Both the position numbers and the translations under genes were made by a program. Under the pieces are notes generated by a model. That model did no database searches. It was not told the origin of the DNA and saw only the letters and a list, made by a program, of their open reading frames with translations. A stretch of 63,919 nucleotides of DNA, filler included, from Chiloscyllium plagiosum (Eukaryota), in assembly GCF_004010195.1 (NCBI RefSeq). It is 5 parts of one record of this genome, joined end to end, with 100 filler letters (N's around TTAATTAATTAA, not from the genome) between each part and the next. Parts side by side here need not be neighbours in the genome. Positions count along the whole stretch, not along the records: positions 1 to 15,077 come from NC_057716.1; positions 15,178 to 42,676 come from NC_057716.1; 3 more parts are not named here. One strand, 5' to 3'. This document shows positions 13,021 to 25,994 of this stretch, one piece after another (the first letter of the stretch is position 1; each line of letters starts with the position of its first letter).

Positions 13021-14203
13021 TTCAGAAGATAAGTTAGTAGAAAAAAACTGAAAACTATAAAAAAGAAAAAGTATCAAGAGCTGAAAAAAAGGAAAAAAAA
13101 GGACAAATGGAGTGGATGAGCTTAGCCATCTTGTTGATAGAGCCAAAGTTGCTACAATTTATTTTTTTAAATGGTGATGAACTGAACGATTAAAGGGTTG
13201 TTATGGATGTATAGAAGGAATTTGATAACATTGATTGGCCTAATCAAGTCAGTAGAGGCAGTCTTGAAGAGGAGTTCATCGAACTCATCCATGCTAACTT
13301 TCTTGAACAGCATGTTACCGAACCTACAAGGGAGCATGCAATCTTAGATCTGGTCATGTGTAATGAGACAGGTAAAATGAATAATCTCATGGTTTAGGAT
13401 CCTCTCAGAAAGAGTGATCACAATATGATCGAATTTTGGATACAAATGGAGGATGTATCTGAAACTAGGGTGTCATGCTTAAACAAGGGAGACTATAATG
13501 GAATGAGGAAGGAGTTGGCTAAATTAGACTGTTAACACAAGTTATATGTTGGAACAGTTGAGGAACTGGAGGAATTTCAAAGAGATTTTTTACAGTGCTC
13601 AAGGAAAATATATTCTGGTCAAAAACCAGGATAACAAGGGTAGGAAGAGCCAGCCTTGAAAAATCAAGGAAATAAGGCAAGGCATCCAGTTAAAAGCTCA
13701 GGCTTGCAAGTAGCCAAGAATAGTGTGAAACAGGAAGATTCCGAAAACAAAAAAACCATGAAGCAAGCAATAAAACAAGAAAAAATAGATTATGAATGCA
13801 AACTAGCACAGGATATGAAACAGGTAGGAAAAGTTTTTATAAATATATAAATTGGAAAAGGGTGGCTAAAGGGGACGTTGGTCACTTGCAGGATGAGAAA
13901 GGGGAATTAATATTGGGTAATGCTGAAATGATCAAGGCCTTGAGTAACTTTTTTGTGTCGGTCTTCACCATGGAAATGTGTCTAACATGCCAAAGAATCA
14001 TGTAAAAGATACTATGGGAGATGAGAATCTCAATTTAATTGTTATGACCAAAGGGGGTAATGTTGAGCAAACGTGAGGGTCTAAAGGTAGATAAATCCCC
14101 TGGTCCTGATGGAGTGCATCCCAGACTGCTGAAAGAAATGGCAGAAGTTATAATAGATGCGTTAGTGGTAAATTTACCAAAATTCACTGGACTGTAAGAC
14201 AGC

Positions 14204-14328
14204 GAGATGAAGGGCTTTTGCCTGAAATGTCGATTTTACTGCTCCTCGGATGATGCCTGAACTGCTGAGCTCTTCCAGCACCACTAATCCAGAATCTGGT
14301 TTCCAGCATCTGCAGTCATTGTTTTTAC
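14204..14328 (+). mobile_element. Short Penelope terminal-repeat insertion (degenerate hammerhead)
   Basis: gatgaagggcttttgcctgaaatgtcg...ccagcatctgcagtc; 12-bp TSD ctgtaagacagc at 14192-14203 and 14329-14340. Confidence 0.85.
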
Positions 14329-14687
14329 CTGTAAGACAGCAAGTGTCACTCCACTGTTTAAAAAGGGTGTAAGCAAAAGGCAGGTAACTATAGACCAGTT
14401 AGCTTAACATTTGTAGTCAGGTAAATGCTAGATGCTATTGTTAAAGAAGAAATAGTGAGACATCTGAATGGAAAGGGTTCCATCAGGCAGATACAGCATG
14501 GATTCAGGAAGGGAAGATCATGTTTGACAAATTTACTGGAGTTCTTTGAGGATGTAACAAGTGTGGTGGATGGAGGGAACAAGTGGATGCTGTATATTTG
14601 GATTTCCAGAAGGTGTTCGATAAGATGCCTCATAAAAGACTCATCCATAAGATAAGAGTGCATGGGGAATGTAGTAGCATGGATAGA

Positions 14688-15332
14688 CCTCACCATCAAG
14701 CCAGCGGACAAAGGGGGCGCAGTGGTAATCTGGCGCACTGACCTCTACATCGCTGAAGCCAAACGCCAACTCAAGGACACCTCTTCCTACCTCCCCCTTG
14801 ACCATGCCCCCATCCCCCATCACCAAACCATCATCTCCCAGACCATACAGAACCTCATCACCTCAGGAGATCTCCCACCCACAGCTTCCAACCTCATAAT
14901 CCGGGAACCCCGCACTGCCCGGTTCTACCTCCTTCCCAAGATCCACAAGCCCGACCACCCTGGCCGACCCATTGTCTCAGCATGCTCCTGCCCAACTGAA
15001 CTCATTTCTACCTACCTCGACACTGTCCTATCCCCCCCTAGTCCAGGAACTCCTCACATACGTTCGAGACACCACCCNNNNNNNNNNNNNNNNNNNNNNN
15101 NNNNNNNNNNNNNNNNNNNNNTTAATTAATTAANNNNNNNNNNNNNNNNNNNNNNNNNNNNNNNNNNNNNNNNNNNNCCTCTAGCTTTTCTCTCCACGCT
15201 TCAGGCTCTCTGCCTTTATTCCTAATGAAGGGCTTTTGCCCGAAATGTCAATTTTGCCTGTCCTCGGATGCTGCCTGAATTGCTGTGCTCTTCCAGCACC
15301 ACTGATCCAGAATCTGGTTTCCAGCATCCTCG
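14688..15332 (+). mobile_element. Penelope-like element (RT N-terminal part plus terminal repeat), spanning a gap
   Basis: LTIKPADKGGAVVIW...ARFYLLPKIHKPDHPGRPIVSACSCPTE; 8-bp TSD tggataga at 14680-14687 and 15333-15340. Confidence 0.88.
15078..15177. other. Assembly gap with artificial TTAATTAATTAA linker (also at 42721, 56848 and 60859)
   Basis: Identical 100-bp N-TTAATTAATTAA-N blocks; the linker gives stops in all six frames. Confidence 0.95.
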
Positions 15333-16531
15333 TGGATAGAGAACTAGTTAACCAATCAAAAGGAGAGAATTTGGATAAATGGATGTTCCTCTGCTTCGAG
15401 ATCAATGGTGAGTGGGATGCCGCAGCGGTCAGTGTTGGGCCCGCCACTGTTCATGATATATGTAAATGATTGGAAGAGGAGACTGAGTGTAACGTATCCC
15501 AAGTTTGCTGATGACACTAAATTGAATGGGAAGGCTAACTGTGTAGAGGATGTGGAAGATCTGCAGAGAGATTTAGAAAGGTTAAGTGAGTGGGTGAAGG
15601 TCTCGCAGATGGAGTACAATGTGAGCTTATCCACTTTGGAAGTAGAAATAGTAGGTCAGAGTATTATTTAAATGGTGAAAGATTGCAGCATGATCTTGTA
15701 TAGAGGGACTTAGAGTGCTCATACATGGATCGCTAAAAGTTGATTTATAGGTGCAAAGATAATCAGGAAGACAAATGGAATATTGGCTTTCATTGCTAGA
15801 GAGACTGATCTTAAGAGCAGGGAGGTTCTGCTGCAATTGTACAAGGTGGTGAGGCCGCACATGGAGTATTGTGTGCAGTTCTGGTCTTCTTACTTGAGGA
15901 AGGATATACTGGCTTTGGAGGCGGTGCAAAGGAGGGTCACCAGGTTGATTCCGGAGATGAGGGGATTACCCTATGAGGAGAGGTTGAGCCGCCTGAGACT
16001 GTGTTTGTTAGAATTTAGAAGAATGAGAGGGAATCTTGTAGAAACATATACAATTATGGAAGGGATAGATGAGATAGAGGCAGGCAAGTTGTTTCCGCTG
16101 GTGGGTGTGACTAGGACTAGGGGACGTGGCCTCAAGATTAGGGGGAGTAGATTTAGGAAAGAAGCAGTAGAGGCAACTTCATTAAATATATTCAAGAACA
16201 GTTGGATGGGTTTTAGAGGAATTAAGGGTTATGGGGATAATGCAGGTAGGAGAAGCTGAGACAATGGATAGATCAGTCATGATCTTAATGAATGGCAGAG
16301 CAGGCTCGACGGGCCAAATAGCCTACTCCTGCTTCTATTACTGTGAAACTTTATAACAGCTAGGATAGAAAATTGGTTAGCAGATAGAAAACAAAGTCGT
16401 TGGTTAATGAATGCTAACCATGTTAATGAGTGAGGAAGCGATGACCTAGTGATATTATTGTTGCACTGTAAATTCAGAGACCCAGAGATCCTGTTCACAG
16501 CGCAGAATCTCTTAAAAGTCATTAATTGTTT

Positions 16532-16794
16532 GTGGGCGGCACGGTGGCACACGTGGGCGGCACGGTGGCATAGTGGGCGGCACGGTGGCACAGTGGTTAG
16601 CACTGCTGCCTCACAGCCTCCCACAGTCCAAAGATGTGCAGGGTCAGGTGAATTGGCCATGCTAAATTGCCCATAGTGTTAGGTAAGGGGTAAATGTACG
16701 GGTATGGGTGGGTTTCGCTTCGGCGGGTCGGTGTGGACTTGTTGGGCCGAAGGGCCTGTTTCCACACTGTAATGTAATGTAATGTAATGTAATA
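16532..16794 (+). mobile_element. HE1-type SINE with triplicated head and internal deletion
   Basis: gtgggcggcacggtggca occurs three times; jumps from cctcacag to cctcccacag, losing the B box; (gtaat)n tail. Confidence 0.9.
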
Positions 16795-17075
16795 ATGTTC
16801 TGGGGACTCCAGTCTGAATCTTACCATGGCAGATAGCAGAATTTGAATTCAATGTAAATTTGGAATTAAGAGTTGAATGATGACCATGAATTCATTGTCA
16901 ATTGTTGGGAAATATCCAACTGTTTCAATGATGTCCTTGAGGGAATGAAACTTGGTTTGGCCTACATGTGACTCCAGACCCACAGCAATGTGGTTGACTC
17001 TTATAATGCCCTCTGGGGTGGAAAATAAATGCTGGCCTAGCCAGTGACGCTCTGATTCAATAAATGAATAAAAAA
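16795..17075 (+). mobile_element. Second SINE family (tRNA-derived, L2-like tail)
   Basis: ccatggcag...gaatttgaattcaat...gcctacatgtgactccagacccacagcaatgtggttgactctt...aataaatgctggcctagccag; homologous to 38045-38390 and 49285-49605. Confidence 0.7.
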
Positions 17076-17419
17076 ATTGAAAATAACATGGGCTGGAAAT
17101 GGTCTACCCAGTCTATGCCCAACTCTGTTCTCAGTGTGTACAAAATTATGTATAAAAATACAATTTAAATTAGGGAAGCATGAGATAATGACTCACATTT
17201 CTTCCCAGATATATGTGCAATCTGAGCACCAACAAATCAAACAACATAAAAGATTGTGAAAATTTGGATGTTAATGAGCTACCCTTATGACTACAATGTG
17301 GCCAAGTTTGCATGATGGTTTATGAATGTTTATTGAACCCACATCTGAAAATATTCTTGTCTCCAAATAGTAAGTGCGAACAGTAGAAAATGGCTCAGAT
17401 TTTATTATCCAAGCAAAAA

Positions 17420-18110
17420 TAACATTGGGTGGGGGAGGGAGGGAATGTAATCATACTGGAGGACAGGGGTCTGAAGTTGTTGAATTCACTGTTGAGTTTC
17501 AAAGGCTGTATAGTGCCCATTGGAAGATGACTTGGTATTGCTCCTACTTGTGTTTGCTTCACTGGATCATTGCATCAGTTTTAGGACAAAAAATGTTGGC
17601 ATGACAGCAAGATAAGGTATTGACTGGAAATTGACCAGAAAGTCAGAGCCATTCTTATAGACAGAGTGGAGAGGTTCCACAAAGCAGCCACCCAGTCTGG
17701 GTTTAGTATCACAAATGTCGAGTAGATTGCATTGTGAGCAATGAATACAGATTGAAAAGAGGTACAAGTAAAACGTTGTGTTTGACACCTTGTACAGGGA
17801 GGAGAAAGAACATAAAAGGACAAGTGTTACACCTTCTATAATGGCATAGGAAGGTACCACAGATGAATAAAGAAGTGTCAGGAACGTGGACCAGGATGTT
17901 ACAGAAGGAATGGGCCACGTGCAATGTTGATAAAGAAGTGGAAAATGTGTTTGGGTGGTATTATCCTAATGGAGAGGGGAGAAGTGGCAGAGGATGATCC
18001 TTTGAATGTGGAAGCAAGTGGGATGGGAGATGAGAACATGGGGAACCTTACTGTTGGTCTGGGAGGGAAGGAAGGAGTTTCCATGGTGGCAGGGCATGGT
18101 GGAATTGCCA
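17420..18110 (-). mobile_element. Old Penelope-like fragment (GIY-YIG endonuclease region)
   Basis: Minus-strand CIHCSQCNLLDICDTKPRLGGCFVEPLHSV resembles the PLE CxxC...YIGETKRxLxxRFxEH motif. Confidence 0.65.
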
Positions 18111-18869
18111 CACTTAGAAAACCACAGAACCTTATTATTCTCCCAATTTGCCAGACAAAGTAAGTTGTAAAAATAATGACCTACTGACACTGATGCAGAT
18201 TAAGGTGGAGGAGGCATTACAATTTCCATGCATTGCTTCATCTGCATCATTGTGCTGTCGGCCCAAGACAGTTGTGACACTGCATGCTCTTTACCTGAGC
18301 TGTTCAAGGACTCTGCACACAGCAGTGAGTGGGCTCCCAGCCAAAGCCTGGGGGAGGGAGTAGCATAGAGTTTTTGAGATGAATATTGTGGATACATTTA
18401 ATAGGAAGATAGATATGCCATTGAAGATGACAGAGATCAAATGATATATTGACAGTGATATAATTATATATATTATCTATGTTGACATATTTAATCAGAT
18501 AGGGTAGGAAGAGGTATGTAGAGCATAGATTCACTCACGTGACAGAGACGGGAATCTCGTTACAAGATTTGGTCTATTTCCAGTGGGGAAAAGGAGAATT
18601 AATTGCATTTATCATTTATTTATGAAATTGTGCAGAAACATGGAAAGATTGATCATGAAGTCATTGATATTGGGCCATCAACTCAAAGTAACCTGCCCTA
18701 AAGTGAGGATAGAGTTGAGGAGAATTTTTTTTTTGTGGTTAAATATCGGACTGTTCAATAATTTATCAGTGGTAGTTGTTGAGGCACAGACTGATGCTCC
18801 TTGGGAGAAGTATTTTCAAGAAGACAAAGATACAGATTAATTTTGTAAGAACGAGTGGGATCAGTTTTG

Positions 18870-19282
18870 ATTTGCTGTAGTTTTCACTGGAACGTAGAAG
18901 GTTGAGGGGCGACCTGTTAGAAGTTTATAAGATTGTGAGTGGCATAGATAAAGTGGAAAGTATGAGACTATTTCCAGGGTGGAGGGATCAATTACGAAGG
19001 GACACAGGTTCAGGGTGCAGGGGAGGAAGTTTAAGAGAGATGTGCAAGGCACGTTTTTCACACAAAGAGTGGTGAGTGCCTGGCACGCTCTGCCAGAGGA
19101 GGTGCTGGCAGCAGAGAGAATAGCATCATTCAAGAAGCACCTGGACGAATACATGAATAGGTAGGGAATAGAGGGGTATGAATTCTGTAAATGAAGACAG
19201 TTTTAGTATGAAAGGGTGAAGTGTGTCAGCGCAGGCTTGGAGGGCTGAAGGGCCTGTTCCTGTGCTGTACTGTTCTTTGTTC
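18870..19282 (+). mobile_element. CR1 3' end
   Basis: SITKGHRFRVQG...FFTQRVVSAWHALP; gggctgaagggcctgttcctgtgctgtac tail. Confidence 0.88.
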
Positions 19283-20198
19283 AAAGACCTAGCAGAGTGA
19301 GCCGAATGATTTCCCTCTTGTGCTACAAATTTCAAACCTTTAATAAAGAACAAAATATAATGCTTAAAAACAGCATACCAGAGTGGGGTTTATCCCAGAT
19401 ATAATTGAGAGGCCATTAGCTACACCGATCTAGACTAGATACACCCACCTGTACAAGGCGAAAGCAAACATTTCAAGACGAGATGTAGCTGCATCCAATC
19501 GCAGTGTGCTTCAGTCACCTCAAGTAACTTCTAGACAAAAATGTCTCTACAAACAAGATTTGCACCAAATAAAGTTTGTTTTCTCATTTCTTTTCCTGTG
19601 TTAATTATAGGTGTTCTTCCACTTTAGTCATGGGTTCCTCTGAACACAGTTATAACAACCAATTTGCTGTTATACCATTACCATCAAATTAATGTTATCT
19701 CCTGTTAAAAATATGATGAGGTCGACAGGCTCACAGGAAACTTGCATGGACTATAAACACCAGAACAAAGTAATTGGACTAAAAGGCCTGTTGCTGCTGC
19801 ATATTTGATGTAATTCCATTTAGTTCACTGAAGGGCAGTGCTTTCTTCTGCACAAGCTGAAACAGAACATATGTTTTTGGTTTGTTTTGCATATTAGTAT
19901 TATAATGTATGTTGTTGTTCAGCTACCAATGAGTGAATAGGTTACTGTGCCACTGGCAAGCAAATATATTTTGCCCTCTCGCCCTTTTGCCACTATCACT
20001 GAAATGCTGAGCTGATGGACAATTTCCCATACTGCACATCACTGTTTTCTGCCATCAACTTTGGGATTGTGTTTTGGCAGCATCTGTGGACAGAGAAAGA
20101 GTTAATGTTTCAAGTCTGGTCTGATTCCTTGTCGGAACTCAAATTCTGAAGGATGACCAGGGAGTCTAGAACCAGAGCTTATAGTTTAATGATATTCA

Positions 20199-20509
20199 TA
20201 GAATGCCCACAGTGTGGAAGCAAGCCATTCAGCCTATTGAGTCCTCACCAACCCTCCAAAGAGTATTCCACCCAGACCCCTCACACCCCCTACCCTGTCC
20301 CTATAATTCCCATGGCTTATCCACTTAGTGTGCATATCCCTGGACACTATGGGTAGTTTACCATGGCCAATCCAACCTACCGGCACATCTTTGGACTGTG
20401 GGAGGAAACCGGGGCACCTAGAGGAAACCCACACAGATAATGTGCAAACTCCATGCAGACAGTTGAACCCAGGTCCCTGATGCTGTGAAGGAGCAATGCT
20501 AACCACTGT
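20199..20509 (-). mobile_element. HE1-type SINE
   Basis: catctttggactgtgggaggaaaccgg...tgctaaccactg. Confidence 0.82.
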
Positions 20510-22570
20510 AATTTCCAGGAATTTCCCTGCTCCTGTTCTTAAACAATGGGACTACAATGGCTATTCTCCAGTCATCTAAGACCTCGCCTATGGCCAAAGA
20601 GGACACAAAGATACCTGTCAGTGCTCCAGTAATTTGTTCTCATCCTTCCCTCAATATTCTGGGAAGATCCCATCAGGACCTGGGGACTTTTCTACCTTAA
20701 TGCCTTTTAAGACACACGACACCTTTTCCTTTTTAATAGCAATTTGGCTTAGACAGTCGATGCTCTTTTCCCTGAGATCATCCTCCACCAATTCCTTGTA
20801 TTTGGTGAGTATTGACACAAAGTATTTGTTCAGGATCTCACCTACCTCTTCTGGCTCCACACATAGACTCCCACCTTTGTCCTTGAGTGGGTCAACCCTT
20901 TCCCTGGCTACCCTCTTGCTTTTTATACATGCATGAAAAGCCTTGGAATTCTCCTTAATCCTGTTTGATAATGAATTTTCATGATTCTTTTCGCCCTTCT
21001 AATCCTTGTTTAAGTTCTTTCCTACTTCCCTTATATACTTCATAAGCTTCATCAGTTTCTGTACTCCAAGACCTTACATATGCTTCCTTTTCCTTTCTGA
21101 CCAAGGTCATAACATTCCTGGTCATCCAAGTTTCACATCACTTGCCATACCTACCCTGCATTCTCACAGGAACAAGCTGTTCCTGAACTCTTATCATCTG
21201 CCTTTTGGAATACTCCCACGTTTCTGATGTGGATTTACCCTCAAACAGCCGCCTCCAATCAACATTCTTCAGTTCCTGCCTGATATTGTTGTAGTTCACC
21301 TTCCCCCAGTTTAACACCTTCACCTCAGGACTGTGGTTACCCCTACCTATGAGTATCTTAAAACTCATGGTATTATGGTCACCACTCCTGAAATGCTACC
21401 CCACTGAAACTTCACTCACCTGGCTGGGCTCATTTCCCAACCAGGTCCAGCATAATGCATTATGGTTGGACTGAATACATACTGTGTCAGAAAACCCTCC
21501 GAAATGGTCCTTACAAACTCTGCCGCAACCAAGCTTCTAGCATGAAGTGAGCCCCAGGCAATATAAGGGAAGTTAAAATTACCCACCACATCAACCCTGC
21601 TGTTACTGCATCTTTCCAAAATCTGACTACATTCTCTCTCCTCTATCTCTCACTGGCTGTGGGGAGGCATGTAGTATACCCCCAGCATTGTGATTTCATC
21701 TTTCCTCTTCATGAATTCTACCCATATTGCCTTGCTGCATGAGTCCTCTGATGTATCCTCCTTCAGTACTGCTCTGCAATACTCCTTTACAAGTAATGCA
21801 ACTCACCCAGCCCTTTTTACAACCCTTTCTATCACACCTGAAACATCTAAATCTTGGGACATACAGTTGCCAGTCCTGTTCCTGTTTCAGCTAAGTCTCC
21901 ATAATTGGAAAATGTCATAGTTCCAAGTACTAACCAAAGCTCTAAGTTTGCCTATTATACTTCTTGCATTTGAGACCGCTTCCTCTGCTCTTTTCAGCAG
22001 TGTTCCCTTGCCTGTCCTTGTTCTTAGTCATGTTTGCCTTGATTTATACCTCTCCCTTAACTTCTGCATCCACTGCCCTACTCCTTTGGTTCCCATCCCT
22101 CTACGACACTACCTTAAACGCTCCCCAACCAACACGTCAAGTAACCCCCACCAAGGACATCAGGTCAAGTTTGTAAATGTCCCACCTCACCCAGAACTAG
22201 TCCCAATACCCCAAGAATCTGAAACCCTTCCCCACACACCATCTTTTCAGCCACATGTTCATTCTATATATTCTGCTGTTTCTACTCTGACTAGCTTGTG
22301 GCACTGGTAATAAACCTGAGGTAAGTACCTTTGAGGTCCTACATTTCAACTTTTTTCCTAGTTCTCTACATTCTACTTTTAGGACCTTATCACTTTTTTA
22401 AACTTATGTCATTAGCACCAATGTGTACCATGACTGCTGGCTGTTTGCCCTCCCTCTCCAGAATGTCCTGCTCTGAGACATTCAGGAGCCTTGCACCAGG
22501 GAGGCAACAGACCATCCTGGACTCTTGTTTGTGGCCACAGAGAAGCCCATCTATTCCCCTTATGATTGAA
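20510..22570 (-). mobile_element. CR1 fragment (ORF1 3' end, ORF2 endonuclease and linker)
   Basis: Minus-strand VVGNFNFPYIAW, LNWGKVNYNNIRQEL, KSPGPDG; ORF1 esterase-region sequence near 22400-22570. Confidence 0.82.
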
Positions 22571-23550
22571 TCCCCTGTATCTGTAGCATTTCTATGTCTT
22601 TTTCTCCATCCCTCTATCCTTTATAATCAATTCCAGTATCTTCCCTATTTTGATGTTAGGTTCACCGGTCTGTAATACCCAGTTTCTCCCTCCCTCTTTA
22701 TTTTAAACAATAAAGTTATAATGTCTATCCTCCAATCTGCCATAGCCTGATGGCTGCACACAAGTGTCTTTTTAAAAACTTTATTTTGAGCTGTTTCAAT
22801 GTATAAATGTTTCTTTTTGTGGGAATTATAAAATGAGATCAGTCCTCTTTGGTATACCTAATTATATTTACTGCTTTAGTTAAGCCATTTTTATCATTAC
22901 TCACAACAATTATCTTACAGGGAATCACAAATATTTCCATTTTTATAATAGAAGCCCATCATTTTCAGGTGGATGTGGTTTTGCTATCCAGTAAACTACA
23001 GTTACTGAGTTTGGTCAATGCGTCAGTTCATTTAGAAACTAATCTGAGACCTATTTTTGTCATTGTCTTCCAAATAAAAACCCTACTTATTTTGTTAAAC
23101 TAGCAAAGCATAACATGCCATGGAATAGCGATACTATACTGCTGCTCAACATGGAATTTTTAGTCTTAGGTTTTATTGACTGTAAAGATGCTTTTACTGT
23201 ACAGGAGTGTACACATGCATGGGATTGTTATGAGATTGTAAATTGCCTGAAGGTTCTGTGAAGTAGTGGCACCTCCTGTTTGTTGACTGCTCCCTTAAAG
23301 AATAGGTAGAATTTCATTCAGCTCACTTCCCATTACAAGATGATGGAAATCCTATACTCTGTATGGGTCTGACTGACTGCAATAAAGCAATGTGGACTGG
23401 TGCGAAGTGTAATTAAAGCTCTTGAAGGAGTTGAACCTAAGACTGAGTCCTCCTAATACTCTGTAAGAGATGCATGTCATATCCTGTAACACGTAAATAG
23501 TTGCAGAGCTATAGTAAACTCCGTTTTGCTAAAAACAAGAGACTCTTCTA

Positions 23551-23872
23551 GTTAGATTAGATTCCCTACAGTATGGAAACAGGCCCTTTGACCCAACAAG
23601 TCCACACTGACCCTCCAAAGAGTAACCCACCCAGACCCATTCCCCACATTTACTCCAGACTAATGCACCTAACACGATGGGCAATTTAGCATGGCCAATT
23701 CACCTGACCTGCACATCTTTGGATTGTGGGAGGAAACCGGAGCACTCGAAGGAAACCCACGCAGACACGGGGAGAACATGCAAACTCCACACAGACAGTC
23801 ACCTGAGGCTGGAATTGAACCCGGGTCCCTGGCACTGTGAGGCAGCAGTACTAACCACTGAGCCACTGTGCT
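23551..23872 (-). mobile_element. HE1-type SINE
   Basis: Complete reverse-complement copy with A and B boxes and (tagat)n tail. Confidence 0.92.
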
Positions 23873-24299
23873 GATCAGAGTTAGCTACTTTATTTACATT
23901 AGACCATGAAGAACGTTGGGAAATATAAATCTGGGAGGTATTGGTAGCAGCAAAACAGTGCCCTAGTTGTAAGTAAAGTTAGGGCGGGTGATTGAGAGAC
24001 TTAAAACAGAATTTCTTGCTCATGGTGATTAGGGAGTTGAGGCAGCCTCAACTTGAATAGCTTCCATTTCCAAAGATTGGTGGCAAAAAGCATTAGATTC
24101 CACTCAAAGCATATAGTCAGATACAATCTTGATACAGTGCTGCACTGTCTGAGGTGCAATGAGATGATAATAAGTTGGCTCTTTGCAATATAATTTGTAT
24201 TATTATAAAACTAATCCTTGGAATATCCCAAAGCAGTTTGCAGCCAGGAGGTACAATAGCACAGCAGCTATGTTTCTGAAATCTGATCTAATGGCCTAT

Positions 24300-24445
24300 G
24301 GAATAAAAGCAAAACCCTGAGGATGTTGGAAATCTGAAATAAGAAACAGAATACACTGGAGAAAGACAGCAGGTCTGGTGGCATCTGTGGAGAGAAAGAT
24401 AGTTTCAAGCCCAGTATGACTCTTCTGGAGAACGGAAAGGAGTTG
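24300..24445 (-). mobile_element. Old Penelope terminal-repeat fragment
   Basis: ggatgttggaaatctgaaataagaaacagaa...cagcaggtctggtggcatctgtggagagaaa; related to 25245-25345 and 20078-20140. Confidence 0.6.
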
Positions 24446-24746
24446 GAAATGCTGTTCCTTATGCTGTGGACAGAAAAGGAGGGAGGAACAAGTAGAACAA
24501 ATTAGCAAGGTGCCCAGAGCAAAGGAGCAGCTTTGTCTTTTGCTCTGGCCTACTTCTTAGGCATTTAGGGTTAGGTGCTACATGCTGGCCTTGTTAGTGA
24601 AGTGTGGATGTATTAAATGAATTAAACCAAAAATTCATAAGTAGGCGAACTCGACAGCCAATTTGTCTGCACACAAACTACATTGATAATGAACAGACAA
24701 TCAGTTTTAGCAATGCTGGTTGAGGAATAAATATTAGCTAGGACAA

Positions 24747-25075
24747 AGGGGTGACACAGTAGCTCAGTGGTTAGCACTGCTGTTTCACAGCATCAGGGAC
24801 CTGGGTTCAATTGCATTCCTGGGTGTCCGTGGGGAGTTTGCAAACTCTCCCTGTGTCTGTGTGCGTTTCCTCTGGATACTTCAGTTTCCTCCCACAGTCC
24901 AAAGTCGTGCAGGTTAGGTGCTTTGGCCGTGCTAAATTGCCCATAGTCTCCACGGTTATGAGGGCTAGGTGGGTTAGCCTTGGAAAATGCAGGGTGATTG
25001 GGTGGGTCAGGGTGGGATGCTCTGTGAAGGTCAGTGTGGATTTGATGGATCGAATGGCCGTACTGTAGGGGTTCT
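24747..25075 (+). mobile_element. HE1-type SINE
   Basis: agctcagtggttagcactgc...ctgggttcaatt...cctcccacagtccaaag. Confidence 0.82.
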
Positions 25076-25239
25076 AAAAGGATCTTTACATTCCCACGAG
25101 GGGACAGATTTAATGTTTCAGGTCAATGACTGTTAATTAGAACTGAGCATTCCTTGAGTTTCCCTATTTGAGAGAACATGAAGAGTCCCAATAGATTTGA
25201 TGCATATGAGAAATACTATGCAAAACTTGGAAAAAGGAT

Positions 25240-25790
25240 GGTGAACTGTGGATGTTGGAAATTAGAAACAAAAGCAGAAATTGCTGGAAAAGTCCAGCAG
25301 GAATGGCAACATCTGTGGAGAGAAAGCAAAATTAATGTTTCAAGTTGGTTTATATGCTAAAGATGGGCTGAGGTAGGGGGAAGGAGTAAATGATAGGAGG
25401 ACTTGGAGCCCAGAGAGACTGAACAGTGATTGGCCGACAAAGGAGGGTGTAAAGGTCAGTTTGGGAGAATGAATAGCTGCTAATGAGGACCATTAATGAC
25501 TGAAAATAGGTTGATTGTGGCAGCAGCCCATGTAATGACAAGGCCTGCTGTGTAGGGGTTGGGTTAAGGACATGACCCTAAAATTATTGAACTCGATATT
25601 GAGTCGAGAAGACTGCAGGGTCCCCAAGTGAGAATGCTGAGTTGAGACAGAGGTGTTGGCCAGGGAACACGGTATGCTGTAGCAGCAGGCAACAGGAAGC
25701 TCAGGGTCATTTTTGTGGACAGAACATAGATGTTTTGCAAAGCCAGTGCCAAGTCTACGTTTTGTCTCACCAATGTAGAGCAGCCGAATA
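25240..25790 (-). mobile_element. Old Penelope-like 3' fragment with GIY-YIG remnant
   Basis: Minus ORF LLYIGETKRRLGTGFAKHLCSVHKNDPELPVA...LGTLQSSRLNIEF followed by terminal-repeat sequence. Confidence 0.8.
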
Positions 25791-25994
25791 CTCAATGTCA
25801 CTTGTTACCTTTAAATATTATTTGCAATTAAGCATAACCAACTGTGATAACTTTCCTTTAGAATCCATTTTCTCATAAAAATCCAATAGTTACAATAAAT
25901 TATGATCAACGTTTAACATTGTTTTGATTTTGCTTGTTAAAAGATAATTTCAAAAATGCTAGCTTGTAAAGGTGACCACATTTGAAACGTGTAG

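Larger units (their letters stand above)
11690..13133 (-). mobile_element. Composite non-autonomous retroelement: CAAGATGG head, T-rich tract, VNTR, Rex1/Babar-like tail; SINE nested inside
   Basis: Head caagatggct at 13133-13124. Tail ...cacccaggtac...atggtgc...ctgtactc...acatgacaataaa is homologous to 40440-40930. Confidence 0.55.
13200..16352 (+). mobile_element. Long decayed CR1 ORF2 (endonuclease end to 3' tail) carrying two Penelope insertions
   Basis: KSFYKYINWKR, QHGFRKGRSCLTNLLEFFEDVT, SKFADDTKL and VRPHMEYCVQFWS motifs in collinear order. Confidence 0.9.

Noticed and set aside
15122..15133. Recurrent TTAATTAATTAA palindrome (also 42721, 56848, 60859)
   Set aside because: Always centred in identical 100-bp N blocks; an artificial six-frame-stop scaffold linker, not biology.
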